A DNA stretch of 63,559 nucleotides, filler included, from Babesia bigemina (taxonomy: Eukaryota), in assembly GCF_000981445.1 (NCBI RefSeq). It is 9 parts of 9 records of this genome, joined end to end, with 100 filler letters (N's around TTAATTAATTAA, not from the genome) between each part and the next. Parts side by side here need not be neighbours in the genome. Positions count along the whole stretch, not along the records: positions 1 to 13,372 come from NW_012237013.1; positions 13,473 to 16,165 come from NW_012237015.1; positions 16,266 to 38,497 come from NW_012237016.1; 6 more parts are not named here. One strand, given 5' to 3'. Numbering within the stretch: the stretch's first letter is position 1; the number at the start of each line of letters is the position of its first letter. The notes beneath the pieces are model-generated. The model searched no databases, had not been told where the DNA came from, and saw nothing but the letters and a program-made list of their open reading frames with translations. The translations under genes and the position numbers were made by a program. Shown here in pieces: positions 10,201 to 21,300 of the stretch.

Positions 10201-12860
10201 CTATAAATAACGATCTACATGCGGGACTTAAGGGGTTTATGCATAAAATCGAAGAGAGTTTGGTGAAGAAAATTGAAGGAATTACGACTATCGATCCCAA
10301 GGACTTCACTCAAAAGTCTCCACTCAGTAAGGGAGCAGAAATATTAAATGTTGCCTTCACGTCGTTCTACAATGCGCTGAAACAGCAATCTGGTCTAGTA
10401 GCAGACTTCTGGAAAGTCAAAGCATCGGATGAAGCGCTATACATTCTACTGAAAAAGCTATCAAATTCGCAGCACTTTAATAACGAATTTAGAGATAATT
10501 GTGATAAGCTTACGAAATCACTAAGGTCATTAACCGCTAACATATTTGCTGCTGACTCAACTTTAATCTGCGATGCATTGAGACACGGCTATACAGCACT
10601 GCTCACCGAGCTCGACAAGGCGTACGTGAATAAGTACTCTGGCATAGTATACGCCGAAGAGCTGGTGATGGAGGAGAAAACACTCACCGAATACGGGAAG
10701 AGGTGCGCCAAAGTCTTTCTTACGATTCTGAAATTCTATTGCGACGATCTTAACGGGCTGCAGAAGCATTGTGCGGAGAAGTCAGTGTGGAGGGGACGCC
10801 AAATATATGCCTCTACAAACAGCAAAGAGAACGCGCTCGGCGATTATTTGAAGAAATGTGGTTACGTGGTTGCCGACAACGAAAAGTCGAACAACGGTGA
10901 GTTGCAATGCTCTCCGCTAATGAAGGGTGAGCATATACTTAACAACCTCGATGCGGTGATCCAAAACGCACGAGGCGACGAATACCTTGCAACGTGTAAA
11001 CCAAAAGAGAAGCAACATGGCTTCAGCGTAGCACACATAATTACGTGCCTTTTCGAACATGCCAATGAATACTTCCGTGTCACCCACCTGCCCATTTCGT
11101 CCGCTGGTAGGCACCCGTCTTCCATATATGACATGCTTCGCTGGTTATGTGGTCTGACGTATCACCCCGTGTACGACGATCTGTCGTTGAACGCTTTCAG
11201 TGACCTGTTCGAGAAGAAGGAGGAACCAGACTCCAACGTGCAGGGTGACAGCATCCCCGTTAAGGACGAGAAAGAAGATATGCTGGAGGCGCACCCGGCA
11301 AACATCACAGCCGTAAATCTGAGAGAGATGCTCACCGAAGTATGCCATTATTCGTACGACGTTCTCACTGCCGTGCTTGGTCACGGCCACGCTGGTGGCA
11401 TCTACGCCTGCGACTTCAACACTAACCCGGATAGATTGTCCTACCCTAGTAACTCATCTAAATGTCTCGATTTGCTAACTGAGATATGCCTTCGACTATT
11501 CCATCAACTGTCGTTCTTGTATAAGCAGTGTACCTATCCCACCCAGCTGGGCGGCTGGCTTGACTGTCATTATGGCAGGGACGTCGGCGGGTCAAACTGG
11601 ATCTGCAACACCATGCAATGCCCTAACCAAAACGCTGGGCAAACGCACAACCAAACATGTGACCAAAAGTGCAACCAAACACCCAAGTGCGGACTAAAAT
11701 CGCCACTACAGTCTTTCTTGGAAGACGGCCTGCCAGGGTTCCTGCCGCACCCGTACGGCAAATCTGACTGCAAGATGAAGTGTGATGCGCCAAACCATTT
11801 TGGCAAGCCGTGCCAAACGCCGATGGGATTCGCCGATTTAACAAATCTGGCGTCCATTAATGGCACCGGTAAGCGTATCAAAGACGCCCTGCACCAATTT
11901 TGCGGCAAAGAAATTAGTCCACTTACCAAATTGTGCAGTGACTTAGTATGTCTTCTGCAACGTCCGCCACAGACTCTCGGTGATATGTTCGCCTTCTACT
12001 ACAATTTCACCAATCGCTGGACTGTGGGTAGTAACAAGCATAGGGAAGCAGCATTCGATACCGCTGTGAACAATGCAAACTTTGGCGCTACTTATGAGGA
12101 GCTGAAGGTTTACTACATTTTTTCTGGCAGTCATTCGGCAGTGTGGAAGGGACATTCTGCTGGTAGTCTCGGTAGTCTCGTTTGCTCATCGAAGGAGTCT
12201 ATAGAATGCGGCCCGTATTTGTGTCCCGTTAGTCATTTCATATACGGTACGTTCTCATCGAAACACGCCGATAAATATTTGTCGTGGATTGTCTATCAGA
12301 CAACAACTTTCTACGATCTGCTCAAAAAGTTATATGACGAGTGCAACTCTAACTGCGGTCCAAAGGGATCCAACTGCTTAACGACATCCTGCGTCAAGCA
12401 GTGTCCAAGGCATAGAAAACCGCCAACCCCAAAGGAACATCATAGCGATTGTAAATCTATAGTCCAATGCAGAAAAGCACTGCCGACTTTGTCAAAGTAC
12501 GGGTTCGTGTTTTTACAGCGAGCCAAGTTAAACGGGAAGGATGGACTCGAGAAAAAACGCACGTGCCAAAATTTCTGTGCGGCATTCAAAGAAGTATTTA
12601 ATAAGGAGTCTATACTTGTCGAACTTATTAGAAAAATTGATGAATTCATATTTGCCATCAGACAGCCGTTTATATGGCTCAACGTCGCACTCTGGTCACT
12701 ATCCCTCTTCTACCTCATCTGCGTGATGATTGGCAGACTGGATGTGCTCCACATCAGGTCACACCTGAGGATACCGTCATCGCACAAGATAACAGCGCAG
12801 TCACTGTTGGCTGCAGCGCAAGTCGGAAGGCTTGCCAAGATATCGTATCTACAACCGTGA
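7251..12860 (+). CDS. ves1: VESA1-like antigen, C-terminal type B; in-frame TAG at 7374-7376 after the leader ATG (possible pseudogene/silent donor)
   Basis: 1788-aa ORF 7494-12860 ending LDVLHIRSHLRIPSSHKITAQSLLAAAQVGRLAKISYLQP; the same frame from ATG 7251 reads MTSINHPNNLCF..KFDKI*NPK, homologous to the intact start at 23870. Confidence 0.85.
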
Positions 12861-13004
12861 TCATCGTCACATTTGTAATTCACAGCAACTCACTTAGCGA
12901 ATCACCTACTCACCTAACCGACAAACGTAGTCTAATGTCTCGAATTACTCTAGCGGCAAACTGTGAACTAAATAGCGTTGAAATTAGGTGATGACTGAAC
13001 GACC
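12861..13004 (+). other. Conserved type-B ves 3' flank
   Basis: Similar to 27780-27919, 36106-36249, 53372-53509 (reverse strand). Confidence 0.8.
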
Positions 13005-13372
13005 ATGCAACGTGCTAACCTAGCACTCAGGCAAAGTGCTAACCTAGCACCCAGGCAAAGTGCTGAGCTAGCACCCAGGCAACGTGGTAAGGTAGCATCC
13101 AGGCAAAGTGGTAAGCTAGCAACCAGGCAAAGTGCTAAGCTAGCAACCAGGCAAAGTGCTAAGCTAGCACACAGGCTAAGTGGTAAGCTAGCAACCAGGC
13201 AGAGTGGTAAGCTAGCAACCAGGCAACGTGCTAAGCTAGCACACAGGCGAAGTGATAAGCTAGCACACAGGCTAAGTGGTAAGCTAGCAACCAGGCAGAG
13301 TGGTAAGCTAGCAACCAGGCAACGTGCTAAGCTAGCACACAGGCGAAGTGATAAGCTAGCACCCAGGCTAAG
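13005..13372. repeat. 24-bp minisatellite (CAGGCAAAGTGCTAAGCTAGCAAC)
   Basis: Tandem units running to the contig end. Confidence 0.95.
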
Positions 13373-13472
13373 NNNNNNNNNNNNNNNNNNNNNNNNNNNN
13401 NNNNNNNNNNNNNNNNTTAATTAATTAANNNNNNNNNNNNNNNNNNNNNNNNNNNNNNNNNNNNNNNNNNNN
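13373..13472. other. Artificial contig linker; also at 16166-16265, 38498-38597, 42346-42445, 47228-47327, 50160-50259, 56215-56314, 61412-61511
   Basis: 100-nt N runs with central TTAATTAATTAA (stops in six frames). Confidence 0.98.
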
Positions 13473-16165
13473 GACGCATCGTTAATTAAGCAGCGGAGTG
13501 AGGTTACAAAGCACATCAGTAGCAGAATTAATGAGGTACAGAAAACGTTGAATAAAAAATTCGATAAGATTACCGCTAACATTGATATTTTTAGGAAACA
13601 GAAAGCTACGCACTTAAAAAATATAGAGGATGCTGTGAAAGCAGCCGATAAGCTGGCGGAGGATTTGCTTGCTACAACAGACAGAGGTTTTGAGAAGAAG
13701 TACAAAGATGTAATCGCTCATCTGTTTACTGAAATTAAAGATAAGGTCGAGGACTTCACTGGAAGCGACTCCGGTAAAAGTACAGAACTTCTGACTAATT
13801 TCAACACTGTTAAAGTCGAGGTCGGTAAACTGGAAGGAAAGGTACGACACGGGTTGGAGGAGTTGAAGAGAAATATCGAAAAACTTGCAGATGATGTTTA
13901 CGATAATGAAAGCAACATTCTTGTTAGAGATGCGTTACGTGCACTTCAGCAGGCTAAACGTAAACTCGTTGAGGCACACGGCAAAGCATCAGCGCCTTCC
14001 AATAGTTTGTTGAATAAGTACAGCGGTGCGGCTGGACGGTTTCACGAGCAATTCGAAATTTTGATTAAGGGTGTTGAGGCACTTAACACGTCTGCTGTTA
14101 CTAGTGAAATGAACACATTGGCATCTGCGGTTGGGGTGCAATTAGAACGTCTGAAGGATATTCATACAACCGTTAAGGGAGAAGTGGACGAGAAGTTTGG
14201 CAATCTGAAGAATACATTAAGTAGTCAGATTCAGGCACTTAAGGACGCCATAAAGTCGCAGTTGCAGGAGTATGTTAAAAAGTTTGGGGAAGGTGGCGAT
14301 AATAATAGTTGGCAAAACAGTGATTTGAATAAGTGTCTTACTGAAGCCAGAAAATTCCTTGGAAAAAGCGCGGTCGTTGATTTAATAGATGCTATAAAAA
14401 CAAATGGGCAAAAGATTGCTGAATATTTGATTGCCCAGATTAAAGATGGTGACATTGAATCTCTCGCGGACAACGCAGCCAAAGAAGGTACAAAGCGTTA
14501 TCAAGATGCGCTTGGTATGAAGATCAATGGCGAATCGGGAACTGGAGACCTAACTGGCGGTATCAAGGGTGAGATACAGAAGGAAATGGACAAACTCAAA
14601 CATCCAAATAAAAATGGGCAAGGATTCCAAAAGGCATTCAGCAATTTCGAAAAAGCTCTTGAAGCTGTTCGTCAATCATCGAAACCTGTCAAAATCGCAG
14701 AGACAGATGTACAAAACCAAGTGTACGCATTGATTGCTGCTGTAGAGAGTCTCGGCAACTCCATCAACGACTTCGATGAAGCAGCTAATGAGCGTATTAA
14801 GGATGTGGCCGAAAAGGCTATTGTGGAAGCAGCCAACACTATCGGCGCAAGTAATGGTGATATTGATGTGAAAACATTGATGACACAATTTGATTCAGCT
14901 AAAAGTGCAATGGACCAGGCCGTTCAGCAAATTCAAAAGGAGCTGACGGAACTTCAGACCCTTCCAAATACTGTAGATAAAAATCGTGAAAATACCAATC
15001 TTATTATGGCTGAAGTGAAATCTAGAATAGAGGAGATAAAAAAAGAAATCACCGCCATCAACCAACCCATCGAAGCCGCTCAATCAGCCCTCGAATCAGC
15101 CATTGGGTCAATCGAAAATGTATTGAAAGACACTCGACAAACTGCGATGTTCGAATTTGCGGCTCTCCAAGGTAATCTGCGGAGTCGGGTAAATGAATGT
15201 TTCGATGAAATCGAAGAGTATATCCAAAAGATGTTCGCAAAGGAAAAAAACGTCGAATTCCTGTCTCTGAAAAATTCCATTGTTGAAGAAATTCCAATAA
15301 TTAGGAATACAATTAACGAAGATACCAAGGCAGGCCTCAAGGGACTGATGAACAAGCTAAGCGATGTTATCGCCGTACTTAAAGGCGCTGATACCAATCT
15401 AAGCACATATTCAAACTGGGTTAAAAGTTTCTATGAAAAGTTCCTGACGTCCCTCCAATCCCAGCCCGACCTCTCCGACCACTCCCCTCGTCTCACCCCC
15501 CTCACCGGCGCCCTCTCCGCCCTGCTGTCCACAATGCACGACCACAAACACTTCTCTGCCGCCGTCTCCCGCAAGCTCGCCGACCTCCAAACACAGCTCG
15601 TCACCCTCACCCCCTCTGCATTCTCCCAGGCCTCCCCGCTGCTCAACGTCGTCAAGGCCGGCGTCCAGGCGTTCCACGGGGAGCTCGCGAAGCAGTACGT
15701 CAGCAGGTACTCGGGGGAGAGGTTCACTGATGAGGTGGTTAAAGATAAGCCTTTATCTAATCCTAAAACAGTTATACCTCCCGCAAAAGCTGTTGACAAC
15801 ACCGAAATAACCGAGTACAGAAGGAAGTGCGCGAAGGTGTTTTTGACGCTGCTGGATATACTGAGTCATGGTTTCTATAAGATGGCAACAGAATGTCCTA
15901 AATTGTGGAAAGGCAAGCAAATTAATACGTATGAAGAGAATGCATTTGGCAAATGGCTAGAGGAGCAAGGCTACGAATTGAACTCCGAGGGCGGTAAACA
16001 GCATGGTGAGCTGCAGGACAAGAGAGAGATGAAAGGTCAAGAGATTTATGAGAAGCTGCTTACCAAAAAATTAGAGAACCTACCACAAGTAGATTTTGCA
16101 AAATGGAAAACGGAAATGATTAGGCAAAACAAAGGTAGCAACCGTAATATTAGAGAAATCAACGT
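13473..16165 (+). CDS. ves1: VESA1-like antigen, internal fragment cut at both ends by gaps
   Basis: Open frame across the whole contig; GLKGLM, YVSRYSG and CAKVFLT motifs shared with neighbouring genes. Confidence 0.85.
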
Positions 16166-16265
16166 NNNNNNNNNNNNNNNNNNNNNNNNNNNNNNNNNNN
16201 NNNNNNNNNTTAATTAATTAANNNNNNNNNNNNNNNNNNNNNNNNNNNNNNNNNNNNNNNNNNNN

Positions 16266-17732
16266 AGGGGCGATGTAGAGTGGGTAAAGGGGCGATGTAG
16301 AGTGGATAAGGAGCGATGTAGAGTGGGTTAGGGAGCGATGTAGAGTGGATTAAGGGGCGATGTAGAGTGGGTAAAGGAGCGATGTAGAGTGGGTAAAAGG
16401 GCGATGTAGAGTGGATTAAGGGGCGATGTAGAGTGGGTTTAGGGGCGATGTAGAGTGGGTTAGGGAGCGATGTAGAGTGGATTAAGGGGCGATTAGAGGA
16501 CGTTAAGGGGCGATGTGGAGTGAGTTAAGGGGCGATGTAGGGTGGATGAAGGGGCGATGTAGAGTGGTGAAAGGGGCGATGTAGAGTGGTGAAAGGGGCG
16601 ATGTAGAGTGGATAAGGGAGCGATTAGAGAAGGTTAAGGGGCGATGTAGAGTGGATAAGGGGCGATGTAGAGTGGATAAGGGGCGATGTGGAGTGGGTTA
16701 GGGAGCGATGTAGAGTGGGTTAAGGGGCGATGTAGAGTGGATAAAGGGGCGATGTAGAGTGGGTAAAGGGGCGATGTAGAGTGGGTTAGGGGGCGATAAA
16801 GAGTGGGTCAGGGAGCGATGTAGAGTGGATTAAGGAGCGATGTAGAGTGGGTAAAGGAGCGACGTAGAGTGGGTAAAGGGGCGATGTAGAGTGGGCAAAG
16901 GGGCGATGTAGAGTGGGTAAGGGAGCGATGTAGAGTGGATAAAGGGGCGATGTAGAGTGGATAAAGGGGCGATGTAGAGTGGTGAAAGGGGCGATGTAGA
17001 GTGGTGAAAGGGGCGATGTAGAGTGGGTAAGGGAGCGATGTAAGGTGGATAAATAGGCGATGTAGAGTGGGTTAGGGAGCGATGTAGAGTGGGTAAAGGG
17101 GCGATGTAGAGTGGATAAAGGGGCGATGTGGAGTGGATAGAGGGGTGATGTAGAGTGGATAAGGGGCGATGTGGAGTGGATAAAGGGGTGATGTAGAGTG
17201 GTGAAAGGGGCGATGTAGAGTGGGTAAGGGAGCGATGTAAGGTGGATAAATAGGCGATGTAGAGTGGGTTAAGGGGCGATGTAGAGTGGGTTAAGGGGCG
17301 ATGTAGAGTGGGTTAAGGGGCGATGTAGAGTGGGTTAAGGGGCGATGTAGAGTGGGTTAAGGGGCGATGTAGAGTGGGTTAAGGGGCGATGAAGGGTGGG
17401 TTAAGGGGCGATGTAGAGTGGGTTAAGGGGCGATGAAGGGTGGGTTAGGGAGCGATGTAGAGTGGATAAAGGGGCGATGTGGAGTGGATAAGGGGCGATG
17501 TAGAGTGGATTAGGGAGCGATGTAGAGTGGATTAAGGGGCGATGTAGAGTGGGTTAGGGAGCGATGTAGAGTGGGTTAAGGAGCGATGTAGAGTGGGTTA
17601 GGGAGCGATGTAGAGTGGATAAAGGGGCGATGTAGAGTGGATAAAGGGGCGATGTAGAGTGGATAAAGGGGCGATGTAGAGTGGATAAAGGAGCGATGTA
17701 GAGTGGATAAAGGAGCGATGTAGGGTGGATAA
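16266..17732. repeat. ~22-bp minisatellite (G-rich orientation)
   Basis: GCGATGTAGAGTGG core in tandem. Confidence 0.95.
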
Positions 17733-17766
17733 TAATCACCACATAGGTCAGGTGCTTGGTCACCAC

Positions 17767-18087
17767 TGTCATCGCTGCCGTAGCCATGTCATCGCTGCCG
17801 TGACCATGACATCGCTGCCGTGACCATGTCACCGCTGCCGTGACCATGTCATCGCTGCCGTGACCATGTCATCGCTGCCGTGACCATGTCATCGCTGCCG
17901 TGACCATGTCATCGCTGCCGTAACCATGTCATCGCTGCCGTGACCATGTCATCGCTGCCGTAACCATGTGCTCGCTGCCGTGACCATGTCATCGCTGCCG
18001 TAGCCATGTCATCGCTGCCGTGACCATGTCATCGCTGCCGTAACCATGTCATCGCTGCCGTGACCATGTCATCGCTGCCGTAACCAT
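17767..18087. repeat. 20-bp minisatellite (reverse orientation)
   Basis: ATCGCTGCCGTGACCATGTC tandem. Confidence 0.95.
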
Positions 18088-18089
18088 CA

Positions 18090-18235
18090 ACTTGGTCAGC
18101 ACCTTGGTCAGCACCTTGGTCAGCACTTTGGTCACCACTTTGGTCAGCACTTTGGTCAACACATTGGTCAACACGTTGGTCAGCACATTGGTCACCACTT
18201 TGGTCAACACATTGGTCAGCACTTTGGTCACCACT
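18090..18235. repeat. 12-bp minisatellite (reverse orientation)
   Basis: TTGGTCAGCAC-like tandem. Confidence 0.9.
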
Positions 18236-18359
18236 TTAGTTAACTACTACACAATCACATACAACGATTAATGAGTGATTCAACAGATTAATGCACAATT
18301 CATATGTTAGGTGAGTAGGTGATGCTAGGTGAGTGTAGATAGTAAACACGTGAGTACGA

Positions 18360-21300
18360 TTATGGTTGCAGGTAAGATATCTTGCTGAGTTTGCCAACAC
18401 GTCCAGCGGCGAGTAGCGATTGCGCGGCGATGCGATGTGATGACGGTGAGTGTAGATGCGATTTGATGTGGAGCAGGTCGAGGCGGATGACCATGATGTG
18501 GATGAGGTACAACAGAGAGAGGAGCCAGAGGGTGAGGACAAGGTAGGAGAAGGGTGATCGGATGATCCAGAGAAATTCGTCACACTTATCAAATAATTTG
18601 GTGAAGTAATCAGACTTAAGTACTTTGCTTAATATGTTGCAGAAATCGTTACATGTCTTCTGGTATTTAGAACGATTCAATTCTACTGCATTGTTGAATA
18701 TGAAGCCATACTGGTACAAGGTTGGGGAGACGCCGTTGCAGGTTACGATGGATTCACACTGGCACCGTGACTTCTCATCGCCATGTTTCCCTTTCTTACA
18801 TTTGTCGGCTCTCATGCAGCTGTTGCAGCCCCAATCCTGGCAAGCGATGGAGCAGAAAGCAGTATATAAATTGTTAAGCAACGTCCAGAAATCCCATGGT
18901 AGATACACGGCCCAGTAGAGGTATAGCTTGGCGTTTTTGTTGGCGATGTATTTGTAGCAGTCGGCGTAAAGAGATGAGAGATAGGGTGCACAGGGATGTT
19001 TGTTGCAGAAGTCATTGGATGCGAGATGCCTGAGGTGAGGATTACTGCAAGTGCTGTGTTTTACGGAGTCCGAACCGTACGCGTCGACGAGCGCACTGGT
19101 GAGATCGCCAGGTTTGTCACATAGGCGGATGGACAGCTCCTTGGTTGAGTCTTCGAAAGCATTTTGGACGCCTTTCTTACCAACAATATCTCCTTTGTGC
19201 CAATCGGCAACCAATGATAACGCAAAACCGAAGTGTTCTGGCAACGTTTTTGGCGGTTTGGTAACAAGGCAGAATAGCGATGCGAGATGTTTATTCTCGA
19301 TGATTTTAGTGAGTATAGAACACAGGTCTTTGCCTGTCTTCGTGCTTCCTGAAAAGCCTCGGAAACCAAGCGGCGTTATGCAGGGCTGGCCTTTTCTCGA
19401 AGTAGACGGGCAGGTGGCGCAATCGTATTTACAGCCGATGGAACTCAATTGGTGAGGAAGGTGACCAGGTAAGCAATCGTTAAGATAACTCATTAGAGGA
19501 GAAGTTGGCTGGCACTTTGGTTGGTCATTTGGTCGGCACGCTACTTCGTCGGTAATATGCTCTTTGCATGGCCATTTGGTTGTCCTTATGTTTTTGCCGT
19601 ACTCGCATTCTTGCCAGCCGCCGTGCTGAACGCTGAGCTTACATCGGCTGTACATGAATTGCAGCGGTGGCAATAGCCTACTGAGGACGTCCATGAGCAT
19701 GCCTAAGCAATCCTCACCGGAAGTCGGATAATGAAAGCCCAGTGAGTTGTTAGAGAAGTCAGAAGCGTACATGGTATGCGCGTTTCCGGTGCCGAGGATG
19801 TAAACTAAAAGGTCATATGCCGTGGAGCAAAGATGTTCTATTGCCGCGCGTGTGCCGTCATACTCCATCGCCTGTGGATATGCCTTCACGGGTTCAACGC
19901 CGATCACTGCCGACAATTCGCCGTCGGTGACCTGCTTTGGATCTATGAACAAGTCACTGAGAGCGTCATTTAGCATCGCTTCGTAACCAGCGGTGCACTG
20001 CAGACCAGACAGCCAGCAGAGCATTTCGAAGATGCTACACGGGCGTTTCTTGGCGGCAAAAGTGGCGACGTGGCCCACCTGGTAGTACGTTTGAAGGCAG
20101 TCGTGAAGTTTTTGAAGAGAGCCATTTCTCTTAATGTCTTTAAAAATATGTCTGTCATCATCTCGGAAAAGACGTTTGTAGATGAAGAACACTGTCATCC
20201 TCTTGTGGTCTTGCAATTCACCATTCTGCTCGCCAAAGTCCGAAACATCGTAGCCTTGGTCACGGAAAAACATGCCAACAATGGTCGATTTATTTATCTG
20301 TTCACTGCTGGTAGATGACTGACAATACTTCACCAATCTGTTTAATTCCGTATGCAAGATGGATAGCACGTGCAGGAAAACCTTCGAACAATTTCTGCCA
20401 TACTCCCTCAATTCGTATTTCGTTGTGGCCTCTCTCGTTGTAATAACCTCTTTGCGGTCCACGAGATCTTTCTCTAATGTTTGACTATCGTACGCGCTTA
20501 TGTACACCTTGTTCAACTCTCCAACAAATCCACCAAGCCCCCTGGTGACACTGTCCAGCACCGGACTGTTCGGCCTGTCGAAGGTTTCTGGCTTGAGCAT
20601 GGCAACTGCCTGGCTCAACTTATCAAGCTTCCCGTGGACCTGGTGATCGTATCTATTAGTCTCCTGAAGGTGAGAAAGTAGGTCATTAAATGAGACGTTG
20701 ATCTCTCCCAGCTTGGCGGTGTAGACGGTGTCGTCAGTTTCAGGCAGTTGTTTCTTTTTATCTTCTTCCTTATGTAATCTATCGATTTCCGTCTTCAGGT
20801 AACCCTTAAGTGGCCAGAAGAATTTCTGGAATTTCTCGGATAAGTTTCTGAACGCCTCCTTATGATTCACATTATCTTGAGATAGTTCACGTACCAAATT
20901 GCTAAGTTTTTCAATATTGTCATTCGACGTATCACCATTATCCTCCATTACGCCTTGCAACGTCCGCATGAACCCTTTAAATCCCTCCTTTCTGTCCTTG
21001 TCGATTAGATCCGGCAGAGGTTGTAGCTCATTCGTGATCTTGTCCGCGAACGCGGCGAGGAGGGATTTGATGGAGGAGACGTAGTTGCGGCGGGCGGCGG
21101 TGGTGAGGGTGGAGAGGGCAAAGCCTACGTTGTCGTTTACATATTCTTGAAGACGATTGATAGTGTCAGTTCTTGATTTGTCAGCGTCGGATCTGATAAA
21201 AACGTCGGTGGTTTGTATTACACGGTTGAAATCATTGTGCAGACCGTAGAGATCATCTTTGATTTTTTTAAGTTTCTCAGCTACGGTTTGCATTTTGAAC

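Noticed and set aside
13005..13424. RQSAKLA, DQSADQ, GQHLGQH and YIAPLSTLH repeat ORFs here and in other arrays
   Set aside because: Open frames are by-products of stop-poor minisatellites and lack consistent starts
13373..13472. Recurring palindrome TTAATTAATTAA
   Set aside because: Synthetic contig linker; for the same reason telomere proximity of the ves contigs cannot be inferred
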